A DNA stretch of 64,000 nucleotides from Struthio camelus (lineage: Eukaryota). This document shows positions 36,911 through 50,417 of this stretch, in pieces (the first letter of the stretch is position 1; each line of letters opens with the position of its first letter). The stretch is taken from the NCBI RefSeq assembly GCF_040807025.1, contig NC_090942.1, forward strand, positions 204,246,640-204,310,639, given 5' to 3'. The position numbers and the translations under genes were made by a program. Under the pieces are notes generated by a model. That model made no database searches, was not told the DNA's origin, and saw nothing but the letters and a program-made list of their open reading frames with translations.

Positions 36911-39504
36911 CTGCAAGAAATTTGAAATCATCTTTGAGATCATATGACTTAGAAAGTGCATTCAAGATCAAGCTACTGCTAAGAGATAAAGGCTTATTGT
37001 AAATCTCAAAGTAGCATTCAATCTTTATTTTTTTTTGCAACTGTTAGGGAAAAAAAGAAAATAACAGAGCATTTACTGAAATCACTGGAGATATTAAAAA
37101 CCTAGTGACTAAAATCAAGTGCCATTTAGACATTTTGAGATAAATCAAAAATGTTTTTTCATGCTTACATTCCAATGGAATTACCTTATTGATATTTTGG
37201 GACCTAAATTCAAAGACGTAACATATAAAACTCCATATAGTATCTCTATGTGGCTCAGAGTCCCTTAGCATCTGGTTTTTCTTTTTTTTTTTTTTTAAAC
37301 AAGTAGATGTACCTTGCACTAAAAATGCTACTGAGAATACTCAGATTACTCACTATCTTGGCTAAACTAAACATCCTGGCATCCTGGTAGTAACTTAGAC
37401 CTCCCAATTAAGAAATACACCTGAGAGGAAAAAAAAAAATTTAAGTTACAATCCCACCTTCAACAAGATGTATGCATTTTACATACCATAGTTACTGGAC
37501 AGAGCAGTCACCAGGATTCATGTCCTTCCCCTCCTGTGACTACCCTAAACACCAGAGCTAGATTCTCTCTCTCTTACCTTCATCCTCACCAGCTGAATGC
37601 TCTTCTTAGCTATGGTATAAAGGCCTGGGAGGGGAACAGCACAGTCACCACCTTTCCTCTGGTTAAGGACTCTGGTATGTACACATGCTCGGAACGTACT
37701 TCTTCAGGTGACAGACTGTGGACTAAGGACTGAGCCGCTTAACAGCGTCAAGGCAGCCATAACTTCAGAAATACTCAGAAGATGATTTTTAGGATTCTGG
37801 GATTCTTGACCGTGACAGTGACGTACTTTGGGATTTACAAAGCAATTTAGACGAGGGCTTATGCATTACAATGGTTAGATACCAAAAGTAGATATTATTG
37901 GGAAATTAAAAGCATAAAATTTTGTTTACATATCAAATAGTTATGCTTTTAAGGCCCAGTGAACTTCAGACAGACTAGAGTTCCTAAGTGCTAAAATAAT
38001 ATTGGTAAATAGCATTTGCGCTTTTCCGTATTCTTGAATACTTTACTCAAACTGGTGGCTTCTGTTGTTAAGGATTGCAGATATTTTATGTCCTAATTTA
38101 TGAAGCTGCTTTATAATTTTTTTTTTTTTTGAAATCACTTAGAATCTGGTCCTTCAACATGTTTCTACTGCAGTTAAATTTTTTTTCAAAACTAAGATTA
38201 AAAAAAAAAAAAAAAAAGGATTGCAAACGCAGAGACTGAAAATGATCAAATACGCCCCAGTTCTTGCAAAGTAATTATGCTTTGTTGTTTAAAAGTAAAG
38301 TTAAAAATTTCTGGAAAAAACCTGTGCTTATTAGTTGGATGATTTATATGGTACATAGTACAGTCTCAAGGCCCAAGTTAGCTAAGAGAGGTGACTATCC
38401 CCAAAGAGTAGTCCAGTGGGTTTGGATAACAGCTAGTTCACAGAAAGCTTATTCAATTGGTTCTATCGAAGACAAAGAAGATGGAATTGAGTCATAAACT
38501 ATTCTTCTATTAATTTTAAATGACTTAAATATAAACAAAATGTCATCAACTGCTCACAACTACTGAACTTTGCTGAAGCCAAAGTTTTCACGTTCCAAAC
38601 ACTGTTCTCTTTCCATACTTGATCAGTACAGACTTGGGTGCAACTGGTTAGTAACCAGTATTTGCTAGGTATGTTTAGGCCTGAGCAAAGGCCCAAGCTG
38701 TTTAACAATGCAATTACTCAGCAGGAACAAACCTGAACTGACTATATAAGTGTAACTGAAGGCCACATCGTTCTTCTCTGCATTAGCGATCTAGTCACTG
38801 GTTATTTCATTTCTAGAACCATTAATCTCTCAAAGCATCCCTTTAACGTTCTTTCACCATATTTACCCATTTTTAATTATTTAAAAAAGACAGAGGTCAG
38901 TTAGAACCTAGTTAGAAGTCAAGGTCAAGAACATTTTAACGTTCTAAAATCATAGGCACATCTGCAGAAGATATATTTCCAAGAATATATGATGTTTACA
39001 TAACTGGAAACCATTTGGAAAGGAACAGGAAGTTCTGTAAATATTCAAAAGGTGACCAAGTATTCCCTCGCACCCCCTGTCATCAGGGTCTTCTAATAAC
39101 ACACAGATAACTTGTTTTAACTCAGCAGAACTCTAAATTTTACTTTTAGGTTTACTTTTAAGTTATTTTATGAAATACTTGAAAATAAACACTGAAAGGC
39201 AGAGAAAACAAGCCTAAAGTCTCTATATCCTATCTTACTAGCTTCTATAAATAGACTGCTTTTCAAAATTAAAAAATCAACAATGCCATTATTTTCAGTT
39301 TTGTGAATTTACTTCCATTTGGTTCTATTACAGGTTATGGTAAATATGTTTGTTCTGCAGTCCCACTAGCTCTAGAGAGAACATCATAGTCATATCAATC
39401 AGCATGCACAGTAACAAAACCTGAAACTTCAGTCCATTTTAGAGGTATATTGTGCACTATCCCTTGAATGTTACAGAATCATTGAATAACTACTAAGCAC
39501 TCAC

Positions 39505-39665
39505 TTGTGATTATTTTTTAACAGTTGTTCTTTAATATTGAGAAATTCATAACTCCCTGCGTCAACAGCTTCAATCTTGCACCTTAGAGCCTGGTATTTG
39601 GCCAAAGATGATGGGTTTGGGCATGACAGATTTGTTTCACGTATATTAAGCATGTCTCGGATTAG
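39505..39665 (-). CDS. PARP4: PARP4 coding exon (phase 0 in, phase 2 out): LIRDMLNIRETNLSCPNPSSLAKYQALRCKIEAVDAGSYEFLNIKEQLLKNNH.
   Basis: It matches human LIRDMVNVCETNLSKPNPPSLAKYRALRCKIEHVEQNTEEFLRVRKEVLQNHH. Acceptor tttctag|cta and donor aa|gtgagt. Confidence 0.8.
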
Positions 39666-40289
39666 CTAGAAAATAATGATAGAAGTTACACTTCTTGCAT
39701 GATTAACACATATGAATGAACAATAAACATTAAGTTTTTTCAGTGAATTCTGTTGCAAATGAATACTTGGTACATTTTTAATTAAGGAAATGCACAGAAC
39801 TAAGACTGAATTATATAAAGTTATACTGTACTGTCACTAAAGCGGAATACGCATAAGAACGCTGGTTGGCTATCATTTTCATTTTGCTTACAAGGCAATC
39901 CTTTCTTATTAGAATCTGTCATATATTATCACTGGCACCACTATCTAGTTAGGGCAATAGAACAAGGCACCCAAGTAATTTTCACAGACCAGGAGAAAAG
40001 AGTAATAAAGCTTTAATACTACATTTCCCTAAGTCATGGAAAAGGTTTATGAGACTTAATTTCTGATATCAGGAATACTTCAAGGTTAAAGACACTATTA
40101 ACATTTACTTTTTTAGCTCAGTAGGGAGCCTCCCTCTCTTTACCCTTCCCACTTTGTAGTTTGTAACTCACTGAAGACGGACATTTTGGTATGTTTTGCA
40201 AAAACAAAGAGGTATCTCTAGCAGATTCTATGCAATTTACATTAAAAATGTGATACAAGGAAGAAATTCAAGTTTGCTCTAGTTACAAG

Positions 40290-40960
40290 TGTGATATAGC
40301 TGACAGAGCCCTGAGCGCATCTCACTTCACCCAAGGGTCTAGCTGCTTGGGCTCAGGGCCAGCTTGGATGGTGCAGCTGTCAGGCCTTGAAAGAGTTATG
40401 AGCAGCCCCTGCAGGGGCATGACCCACCTTCACCCAGGAGCTGCATTTAAGCTCAGGCTCTTGTCCTTGGTCTCTGGCTGAGCTATGTTGCAGATACGCC
40501 TGCAACCGGCCTGGAACCCCCCCAATTCTAATTCTGATCCTGCAGACTTGACTTCCTGGCTTGTCCTTGGACCTCCCAGACAAGGCCATAACAACGAAGC
40601 AATCCTGACTGCTGTCTGACCGTGGTTACTGCCATCGGCAGCCACTATCACCTGCTCTCCTTTTCGTGTTTGGTACTGTGCCCTTGCTGGGGAGGTAACT
40701 GTCCTGGCCTTCCTCACCTTCACTCCTGGCTCACCTGCCCGTACTACTCCTGGACAGCTGCTGGGTGTAAGGGCTGTCTATGTGCACACTCTGCGCACTT
40801 TGGCACCTATCCCCTGGGCAGTCTGAGAATTTTACCAGCTAGTCTCTGCGAAGACGAGACAGCAGACTGATGTGCAACAGAGCAATTGAACTCCTACCTG
40901 ACTGAACTCCTCGTCAGCGGAAAAATGAACTAATAGCACAGGAGACCAGAGGGGGGAGTG
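40290..40960. repeat. Unclassified GC-rich interspersed element (~650 bp) inside a PARP4 intron. It could be a solo LTR, an unknown repeat family, or an intronic CpG-rich regulatory island.
   Basis: There is an abrupt jump to ~60% GC with overlapping ORFs on both strands (40380..40589-, 40430..40723-, 40622..40870+), which is typical of GC-rich non-coding sequence. It has no similarity to the CR1 copies in the window and no coding homology that I recognise. Confidence 0.35.
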
Positions 40961-41605
40961 GTGGTAGGAGATTTTCCTAGGCAGGTCAGGTAGGTGTGTT
41001 TACACCAAACTGACAAGACACTATTTGTATGTTTAGATGTGGCAATTAACTTTTTGCACAGAGAATCCAAGCAGTACGGGGGACTCTCCCACATGGTCTG
41101 TGCTGTAGATGTAGGAACTGACCAAACTGTACATTGATAGATGATTTTAAACGGCCTCTTGAAACTGTTCCTGCCTGTGTAGTAGAGGTCACACAGAACA
41201 GCCTTCTGTACATTGATAAAATAGTTCAGATATGTTTTGTATTAGCTTAATATTATCAATAGAAACTGATTATGTGTATGCTGGAGTGGTTACTCGGGCC
41301 AGTTGGATTATAAGAATTCACTAGAACAGTGCTGTGAATCTCACTTGGTCTAGCTGAAGATGCCATCATAAAAATTGCAAAGGAGACTCCTGTCACCATC
41401 CAGATCTTGACTGGTCTTCCTGTTCAACAGGTTCAATTCCCCATCATGAGCGTTACTCTATGTAAGAGATTCTAATAAAGTAGTTTTTCAAACTAACACT
41501 CTGCGACTGGCTGCACAAAAATCCTGTCAACTTATCTAGTGAGCATGTTTAAAACTGATACAGCACAGCACAGATCGGGAATTACGGGCAATCTAGAAAA
41601 GTTAC

Positions 41606-41779
41606 CTGACAAAGGTCCTGTTTACTAGATAGCAGCTTTTTGGAAACATTATAGTCTGTTCCAGTTTTGTGACGTATAACTTGATAAAATTCCTTTATCA
41701 TAACTTGCAGTGCCACCTCATCTGCTCCCTCATCCAGTGCATTCTTTATCTGGAGTAAAATACCTTCCGCTTTGCTCAC
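41606..41779 (-). CDS. PARP4: PARP4 coding exon (phase 0/0): VSKAEGILLQIKNALDEGADEVALQVMIKEFYQVIRHKTGTDYNVSKKLLSSKQDLCQ.
   Basis: It matches human VSKAEGILLLVKAALKNGETAEQLQKMMTEFYRLIPHKGTMPKEVNLGLLAKKADLCQ. Acceptor tttaaag|gtg and donor cag|gtaact. Confidence 0.85.
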
Positions 41780-43613
41780 CTTTAAAAGAAGAGATTATTA
41801 AACCAAAAACCATCACAAAACTGCAGAAAAACCACAAATAAATAAATATTGAAAATGGATCATTTAATTCCACATTGAAATTTCACTTCAACTTTTTTGT
41901 TAGTGCAATAGTGACAAAATATTTTCTTATACTAGGGTATGAAATTTAAAACCTGGCGATTATTCTTGCAAAGTACCTCAGTAGAGCTAAGAGCCAGTAA
42001 AATAACCTCCACAAAATAAAATGGAATATGAATTAGATCAAAAGATCATGTTCTTTAACTTCTTATTGATTCACATTGTCAGCTCTAGTGCATTGATGAA
42101 ATAACTACAGAAATTAGAGGATATGAAATTTCTAAGTGCACTAATTTATCCTAAAATATATAAAACAGAGCAGAAATCCTATTTATAACATGCAGCCTCC
42201 AGATCACATGAAAGTAATGATTCATTATACACTTTGTCCAGATAGACAGGATACACATTTGTTATTTGTATACTGCTTCTCAGCTGAAATTTTTCACAGA
42301 AAAAAATTGATCTTGTCAGGGCAGAAGGGAAAAGGTAAAGTGCTCTTTAATTTACATGAGCCACAGGCAACAGGCAGTAAAATGCTGGTATTAGAGGCTG
42401 CATAACAAAGTCTTACTGCAGTTCCAAGGCTGGTCTCTGTCTTGCAAAAGCCTTTGGAAAAAGGATGGAGAGTTAATCCAACTGAACAGGAATTCACTTA
42501 ATTATTGCGTTTCAAAAATCTAGAGTTCTTTTTCTTCCTGCACAAAAGCTATTTCTCTTAAAATTAAATATTAACAGGAAAAGTTAGTGAAAACAGTTTT
42601 ATCATATCCTTACAGGCATGTGCTTTGGAATAGAGAATCTTTTAGGTCTATGATTCAGCTCTTGCAAAAGCTATCAATGATTGAACACTATCTATCAAAT
42701 TTGGTTTGTTCACCTACCCGAAACACGTTAGGAGTCTTGATATCCAAATAATCGCACCTCGTAAAAAGCATTCACCACAAAAAACATTTCCTTTTTGTCT
42801 TTGCTGATTTATGAAACACACTCATTACTATCTCCGAGTACATACATAAAATATCTCTAATGCACTACTTACTCACCAGCGCCTTTTGCAGATGTATATT
42901 CCACTTCAAGAAGTGGAAGGGATATTCTCCTACCATACATCTACTGCTGAAGAGCATCAAAACTGAGTTTTATAGAATAAGGTAAGGGCAAGGACACACT
43001 AGAAATGAGTAACTTTTACTGGCAAAGCTCTTCCAATTTAAAGCCAACATATTCTCCACCTAACTTCGCCTTCAGCAGTAACAGAGATGAGCAAAAGTGC
43101 CTTCTTAAACAGCCAGGCCTTAATCATATGAATAAATGTTAACCACTTAGGTGTCTAGGGAGGAAAGCAAAACTACTGAAGTATGTGGACAAGTGTAATT
43201 AAACGAACCCTAGAGTTAACAGAGCGGTGGATAGTCAGTTAGTCTCAATAACAGCTGTAATATCCAAAGGTCTTCAAGAATAGCCCTGTACTAATTACAT
43301 GTCTCATCTGATAATACAGACATGGACCACAATTAGAACTATTTTTCCATTACTAGATAATGTCTGGCTGAAATATGATTGAAACATACCAGCAGGGGAC
43401 AATAACCTACTATTATGTACACTTCTGGCATATGAAAATAAAGGACTGTGTTCTTATATGCCTCAATTTATCTCACAGAAGGGTTCCTCCCATAAGAATT
43501 GTGTAAATCGCTATAAAATGGAAAAGCCTGCCATCTGCTCTAGGGAATACTGCATGTTTTCAGGGTTGTGATTCTCAAAATTTGAGATCCAAATTTCTGA
43601 AGCATGGATATTT

Positions 43614-43757
43614 GGAGTCTCCTTCCCTGGAGATATTCAAAAGCCGTCTGGACTGCAATCCTGTGCAACGTGCTCTAGGTGACCCTGCATGAGCAGGGGG
43701 GTTGGACTAGATGATCTCCAGAGGTCCCTTCCAAGCTCAACCATTCTGCGATTCTGT
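43614..43757 (+). mobile_element. CR1 LINE 3'-terminal fragment (~145 bp) in a PARP4 intron.
   Basis: ctccttccctggagatattcaaaagccgtctggac…ggggggttggactagatgatctccagaggtcccttccaagctcaaccattctgcgattctg is the canonical CR1 3' end. Confidence 0.85.
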
Positions 43758-43903
43758 AATATGCTTAAGTATAGTACTATCAAGTACAATTCCAATCCCA
43801 ATATGTGAAACACAGCATATTTGTTTGCTGGGAAAACAAATGAACTTACTTACAGTAATTTTTTAATCTATTTGTTCCCACAGAGTAGCAAGAATTAACT
43901 TAC

Positions 43904-44031
43904 ATCATTGAGGCTTATGTTTTTTACTGGTTCAAGTAGTAAACTATCCAGGTGGCCAAGAGCTTCTGCCCAGATCAGTTCCACAAAATTGCTAACTTCT
44001 TGGCATAAAGCACTTGAATTTATGGCTTCTT
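43904..44031 (-). CDS. PARP4: PARP4 coding exon (phase 1 in, phase 0 out): (K)EAINSSALCQEVSNFVELIWAEALGHLDSLLLEPVKNISLND.
   Basis: It matches human LLLEEVMNSSTLSQEVSDLVEMIWAEALGHLEHMLLKPVNRISLND. Acceptor cttgtag|aa and donor gat|gtaagt. Confidence 0.8.
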
Positions 44032-45337
44032 CTACAAGCAACTGTAGTAAAACAAACACAATTCATTGAAAAGACAAAGATACAAGTCCCTTAAGTTCTT
44101 GCACAGATAAATAATCTTTCCTATAAGCAATATAGTACCCAACACACATTTCAGGCTTAGTATGATTTCTTCAGTCTCATCAACTTAAGGAGAAGATTTG
44201 TCTTCTGAGTGTAGAGCATAGCAGGCACATGGCCATGGCCTGCTTGAAAGCTGAGACGTAGTGTCTTGGAGAAGACAGAAGTTGATTTGCTTGAGACATT
44301 TTTATCCGTACCCTGTAGTATCAGAGGTACGGATATAACAGGCTACAGATCTCAACCATTTCCTTTTTTGCACAGCTGGTAATAGAACAGATGGATTGAA
44401 AATGGCCATTCTTTTTTAACATCTGTAACAGATGACTGTTGTATGTCTAGTTCAGAAAGTCCCAGTGGGAAAGACGTTACTTTTGTGAAAACAAAAATTG
44501 AAGCAGCAAAGCTGCAGAATAGACAGGCCATGAAAAACAGTGCAATTCATACATCCAAAAGAGTTGTGAAAACATAGATTTTTCTCATGTAAATTTGAGG
44601 AACACTTCAAGTTGAACACTTCAGTTTTTTCCAACTGTTCTTCAACCCCAGTAGCTGCCATTAAACTTGATATTTTCAATAGTTATCACACCAGTTTGGA
44701 TACTCTATATTACTTGCCTATAGGGCATCTACCACATGGCTTCTGAGATTACTAGAGGACATATACAGGCTGGACATAATCTAGGTGCCAGTTGTGCTCT
44801 AAAATGCAAGTTAACCGTGGTAGAAGAGAAAAGCAGATCGCTTTTAAGTTTTTCCCATTCACTTTCTCACTTTCTGTGACGCTACAACTAGTTTAAAGAG
44901 CAGTAAATGTTGCCTGAAATACAATTCTGGAAGCAGAATCCAAGTCCTGTCGCCATTGATGGGAGCCCCTGTACTGATTTCACTGAGATGTGCATCAAGC
45001 CTATGAAGCCTTGCATTGCGTGCCAAATAGTTATGACAGTCTAAGTTATACATGACACAGCAGTTGCAGTTGCTACATTAGAACATCGCTGTTCAGGTAT
45101 CCCATTAACTTTGATAATGCACCTACTATATGACTATATATGCTTTTAATGTGGTTACGCACTTGTAGCGTTCGGTATTCAAAAACAAACAAAAAAACCA
45201 ACATATTTACATATAAACACAGTCTCCCTTAACCTATGATTGTATCACCGCAATCTAGACGATCTTTACCACAGTCAGAAAGCTGAAAACTAAAATAAAT
45301 AACGAGGGACAGAAAAGTGTGAACGTGGAAATCGTAC

Positions 45338-45491
45338 TAGCCTTTTGCAATTTTGTAGAAGCTAAAGATTCTGCTTCAGGTGGAAAAGTTTCTCTTAATA
45401 GGAAGCCCTGGCTCTTCAGGTCTGCAATGAAAGTCTCATAGTTTTCTCTTATTTCTCCAGCAGTCTTACTTATTATGAATTGTTTATTGTT
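45338..45491 (-). CDS. PARP4: PARP4 coding exon (phase 0 in, phase 1 out): NNKQFIISKTAGEIRENYETFIADLKSQGFLLRETFPPEAESLASTKLQKA.
   Basis: It matches human RQFAIKKTSEDASEYFENYIEELKKQGFLLREHFTPEATQLASEQLQA. The acceptor is aattacag|aac. The donor gcta|gtacga is non-consensus but is the only GT that keeps the frame into the next exon. Confidence 0.7.
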
Positions 45492-46262
45492 CTGTAATTC
45501 AAGAGAGTAAAATTAGTCAGAGAAACTATACACAGACGTATAGAGTGAATTTTACAGCCCACTGCTCTAACAGTTGACAAACCCACACTTAACTTTTGGA
45601 TTCTGATTTAACAGGCTTCCAGTAAGACAGTGCTTTTGTGAGGGTTCGTGGGACAAGAAGAACAAACACAAGGCTGTACTCACAAACCCCATAGTGACAA
45701 GACAGGTTCTTCTAAACATACGCTGGAATAAATTATTCCACCGACGGAACTAGAACTGATAAACAAACAACTCAAATCTATAAATCATGATTTCTTGTCC
45801 CTGATACAGCTCCTTTGACTTGAATCTAACATTGCTACAATGACACTGACTGTACTGTGCACACATAGCTTGTATTCAGAGAAATGTGTTTAGGGTGCCC
45901 TCAAGAACAGCCTTGCTATCTGTCAAACGTATGTCCAGAATATCACTCTCTATAGCATTTTAGCCCTTAAACATGTCATTATACAGTTTAGCTATTACCA
46001 GGAACATGTATGTGAATATATGAAGCAGGCACATTCAGAACCATGCTGTACTGCTGCCTAGTACTAAACTAGCTCTTCTGACAGTGCTGCAGACATACAC
46101 AGAAGAGTTAACGTGAATCAAATTTATTATGATAAAGCTAGCAGAATGCCTTCCCATTATTTATATGTAAGAATCAGACTACAAATACGAATGAAAGACA
46201 TCTGGAGCTCTGGGACAGGTGTGTTCAACGTGCAGAAAGAAGCAAACATGTAATGTCAATAG

Positions 46263-46376
46263 TGGCTCATACCTTAGATCCATTTGATGCACTAAAGTGT
46301 GCACACACTTGAAACGGAAACTCACACTGTTCTTTGGAACACTGTAATTCAACAACTACAACATCTTTGCTGCTCT
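46263..46376 (-). CDS. PARP4: PARP4 coding exon (phase 0/0): IYSKSSKDVVVVELQCSKEQCEFPFQVCAHFSASNGSK.
   Basis: It matches human VGMEGGQEAVVVELQCSRDSRDCPFLISSHFLLDDGMETRR. Acceptor ccattcag|att and donor aag|gtatga. Confidence 0.8.
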
Positions 46377-46630
46377 TGGAGTAAATCTGAATGGAGAGAT
46401 AAATAACACACCCGCACCACCACAGTTTATTGTTTCAGTATGTTGCATCCACATGATTCTGCACCATGTATTCCTCCTTGCTCTATTCATTTTTCAACCC
46501 ATTTAGAACCACCACAATCTATGACCAGCTATGAAAACAAGTAAAATTATTATTTGTATCACAATAACAAGCAGAAGCTCCTCTCAGGCTTCACTGTACT
46601 GACTGCTGTACAATTCAATCTATTTTGATT

Positions 46631-46985
46631 GAGAGAGGGGATCTCATCAATGTATACAAGTATCTGAAGGGAGGGTGTCGAGAGGATGGGGCCAGATTCT
46701 TCTTCGTGGTGCCCAGTGACAGGACAAGAGGCAACGGACACAAACGGCAACACAGGAAGTTCCGTCTGAACAGGAGGAGAAACTTCTTTCCTGTGAGGGT
46801 GACAGAGCAGTGGCCCAGGCTGCCCAGAGAGCTAGTGGAGTCTCCTTCCCTGGAGATATTCAAAACCTGTCTGGACGCGATCCTGGGCGATGTGCTCTAG
46901 AGGACCCTGCCGGAGCAGAGGGGTTGGACTAGATGATCTCCACAGGTCCCTTCCAACCTCACCCGTTCTGTGATTCTGATTCTAT
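46631..46985 (+). mobile_element. CR1 LINE 3' fragment (~355 bp) carrying the C-terminal ORF2 remnant, in a PARP4 intron.
   Basis: The plus ORF 46625..46900 (…[45 protein letters not shown]…) is the CR1 ORF2 C-terminus, followed by …ggggttggactagatgatctccacaggtcccttccaacctcacccgttctgtgattctgattct. Confidence 0.85.
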
Positions 46986-47324
46986 TTTTGTGTTTTGATA
47001 GTCCTCTTTTTAATAACAATGTTTTCTATTTAAACTAGATTTAACATCTATCAACCACAGTAACAATATATATTGTCAGAAGCATATCTATTATTCTACT
47101 GCAATGCTTTGGTTGGAACACAACAGTAAACAGAAGAGTTCTGTTTGATTTGAATTAGGCTACACTGAAAGACAATATTAAAATACTTTTCAGTACTTCT
47201 CTTTGTATTGCAGCACATGGTAACATAAAAGAGTTGCTGATGCGTATAAAACTGTAAACCTTTTATTCATCTACTGATCCTCCCACATTCTCCCACCTTT
47301 TCTCACAGTAAGAGAAAGGCTTAC

Positions 47325-47403
47325 TTTTTCAAGGACATCGTATTTTGCAACTTCAAAATCTTGAGGAAAAAAAGGAATATCTTGATCATTTTCTGTGCAA
47401 AAT
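47325..47403 (-). CDS. PARP4: PARP4 coding exon (phase 2 in, phase 0 out): (R)FCTENDQDIPFFPQDFEVAKYDVLEK.
   Basis: It matches human …EDTVELTEFGMQNVEIPHLPQDFEVAKYNTLEK. Acceptor attccag|a and donor aaa|gtaagc. Confidence 0.75.
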
Positions 47404-48578
47404 CTGGAATCAGAGCAATTAGTTTCCTTTAACGTTTAAAAACATCCATCACCAGTAAAAACAGCATTGTCATAAGCTGCAGCATCACACCAAAGAAAGA
47501 ACTAATATAAGAAGATAAATGTATTTTTTAGTAACAAAATAACAACAAAAATAGCTTTGAAAAATAAAATCCCACCCAGACAAGCTGCTGACTTGCACTA
47601 GTAGGCCAGACTGCCTAGTGTGAACCTGAAGATGAAGACTACATTTCAATCTTCATCCTCTTAAAAAAAAAAAACCAAAAAACAAAAAAACACCACTATG
47701 AAAGCAATAAAATTTATGGATTTTCATTGCCTGATAGCACATTAATTTTCTAACAGTTGCTTCTAGTTTGGGTCAGCTAGCTGTGCTGTCCCTAGGCTAA
47801 TCCCTCCTTCATTCCTGACTTTCATATTAGGATATACACTTGTAGTTACGTCCTTCAGCGTCAAGACTTTTAAACGAGGTAAGTACAACTTCTATTATAT
47901 GTATTCTGAGAGAATAATTAAATACCTATCCTCTCCTTGACAGCAGTCTCTGAAAGTAAAAGCTGCATTTTATTAATACATAAAAAAAAAAAAATCTATC
48001 AGTATTGGAGCTCATTTTGTTCCTCTAATTCAATAATAAATAATACTAACGCTCTTTCTCTATTAGGTAAGAGTGGTCTCGATGATCTTGATTTTCCGCT
48101 CTCCTAGGAGTTCAGTAGGAGAGAGATGTGCTCAGCACTTCTCAGAATAATGAGCCAAACTGGACTGCAAACAAAAATCTATATGAACAACTAAAAGAAA
48201 AAAAAGAATCGTGACCATGAACAATGCTCCAATCATGAAACCCAGGAAGCTTCGGCAATGCCTGATGCCTCCTGAGTTTGTGGAAACTCTGCACATACTA
48301 GGGATCTGCACTGTGGGTATACACTGAAATGGAAAAATGTAAAATCGATTTCCAGGGTAAGATTCAAAGGGAAAATAAAGGAGAAGTCAGTATAAATTCA
48401 TACACACAGAGTACCAAAAATGGAGAATGGAGAACTTTTTCCCTCCACTACATTATTGCTAAGATAATGAACCATCTCTAGAAGTCACTGAAACAGATTC
48501 CAAAGCGGATTTTTGTTCTTTTACAGAAACATCAACATAGTTACATCAAAATACACCTTTAATTTTATCTTATTTTAC

Positions 48579-48702
48579 CTAAGAGTTCTCACTTCGGACT
48601 CAGTTTTGCTCTCACTTTCTTCAACAATAATAGGATTGAAGTCATTGTTTTCATTTTTCTCAGTAGCATTTTTATCCTCAGAAGATGACAGGTCTTCCAT
48701 GC
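48579..48702 (-). CDS. PARP4: PARP4 coding exon (phase 1 in, phase 2 out), acidic linker: (G)MEDLSSSEDKNATEKNENNDFNPIIVEESESKTESEVRTL.
   Basis: The phase links the exon-2 donor to the exon-4 acceptor. The composition and position match the human acidic stretch (…PDQKASSSEVKTEGLCPDSATEEEDT…). Acceptor ttgattgcag|gc and donor ag|gtaaaa. Confidence 0.65.
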
Positions 48703-49735
48703 CTGCAATCAAAACCTTTATTTATTTGGCATAATGTCTAGTTTCTTTGATATAACATATGAATAGTTTAAAAAAAAAGAAGAAAAGAAAAAAGAAAAGC
48801 CAATACAGCTACTTAATCATAAGTATTTTACACATTTAAACAAGTTAACAGCTACTGAGCCACATTTAATTCAGACATAAAAGTGGGCAGGATATAGAGT
48901 CAACTACTGGAGGGTAACTGTCCCAAATCCTTTACTGCTAGAGTGCTCCCTGGGGGTTTGCTCCTTGCCAAACAATACTTCTCTAGGCAATACAAGAGCC
49001 TATTCCCACCAGGCACTCTGTATGCAGTCGCCCTGATTTTTGTGACAAGGAAAGGAGAAAGGATTTGGGCATGTAGCTGAAACCTGCTCTGTGCCACTTG
49101 GACACAGCACCAGAGGACAATCCATGGCAAATTTTTTGTTTTGTTTTGCTTAAAAACAAAACAAAACAAAACAAGAAACCTCACCTTTTCTAGATACAGT
49201 CTATGGAGGCAGCTTCACTTCTAGCTTAAAACTGCTACAAAAAGGAACTACCCAGTTTCAGTCCTGCATGCCCATGGCCTCTACTGTGGAAAAAGAGATT
49301 TGTCTAACAGTAATGCAATGACAGACGAAAGTGCAAATGCTGGGTTCCTGATCCTCAATCTTCTATTTAGTTCAGAAAATTATACTGATTCATGACATAA
49401 GCACGTTCATTAAATACTGTTTTGTGTCGAAAGGAATTACTTTTTAAAATACTTAAAGGAAAGGCTAGCACCCTACGAAACTCAAGAGACGGCACTCCAT
49501 TAAGAGATGCAGAAGTAAAAAGAAATAAAAAGGACAGTTAGTGGAAAAAGATAAGAATAAAACATTAATAATTTTCAGGACAATAATTTCTTTTCAGAAA
49601 ATTTCTTATAACAACTTTGTCGCTAGTATACATGGTGGCTGATTATTAAATGCTAATTCTAAATACTCACCTTCTAAAACATTATTTTCCAAAATAAGTG
49701 ATACATGAATAAATCACGTCAATAAACAAACTTAC

Positions 49736-49931
49736 CATGACTATCTAGGTTTTGGTTAAAAGTGTGGTCTTGTAACTTAATGTCCTCATAGGCACCAACG
49801 TGCAGAAGTTTCCCCTTTTCAACAGATTTCCATATGAAATCTGCACATACAACAGGGAGCTGATACTTCTGAATAATTTTTAGATGATGAGAGCTGAGGA
49901 TATTGACAGTATCCACAACAACATGCGTACA
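49736..49931 (-). CDS. PARP4: PARP4 coding exon 2 (BRCT domain, phase 0 in, phase 1 out): CTHVVVDTVNILSSHHLKIIQKYQLPVVCADFIWKSVEKGKLLHVGAYEDIKLQDHTFNQNLDSH(G).
   Basis: It matches human CTHIILDNADVLSQYQLNSIQKNHVHIANPDFIWKSIREKRLLDVKNYDPYKP. Acceptor cttttag|tgt and donor catg|gtaagt. Confidence 0.8.
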
Positions 49932-50417
49932 CTAAAAGACAAGTTACAGTTACAGTCATTAAACACACATAACTACAATATTAACACAAATAATGTTTAT
50001 TTGTGATTCATACTGGTAAAATCCTAGAGTTCAAATGAAACATTAAAAAAAAAAAACAAAAAACACACGCACACAACCTTTTTGGGCCATATTGTAACTG
50101 AAACATCTAATTTAGGAACATGGTACCTCTTCTCTTCCTCCACTGTCAAAAGGGAGAGCAGGACTCCTTCAGATGTCCACAATTCAGCTCAGCTAAAATA
50201 TGGATAACTTCAGTGTGTTAATCTCTCTATAGTGACTACAGAGATATGAGGGTGATCAGACGCCTAATGTTCTGTAGAGCTTTTAGTAGCACACAGGAGG
50301 TCTAACAATGGGCCAACCTCTACTATGGCAAATATGGGATAAACCCAGACCAAAGACTTCTCTTACCTCAAAGAGTAAGGAGGAAGAATATACAAAAAAA
50401 GGGAAGAGGGCTGAATA

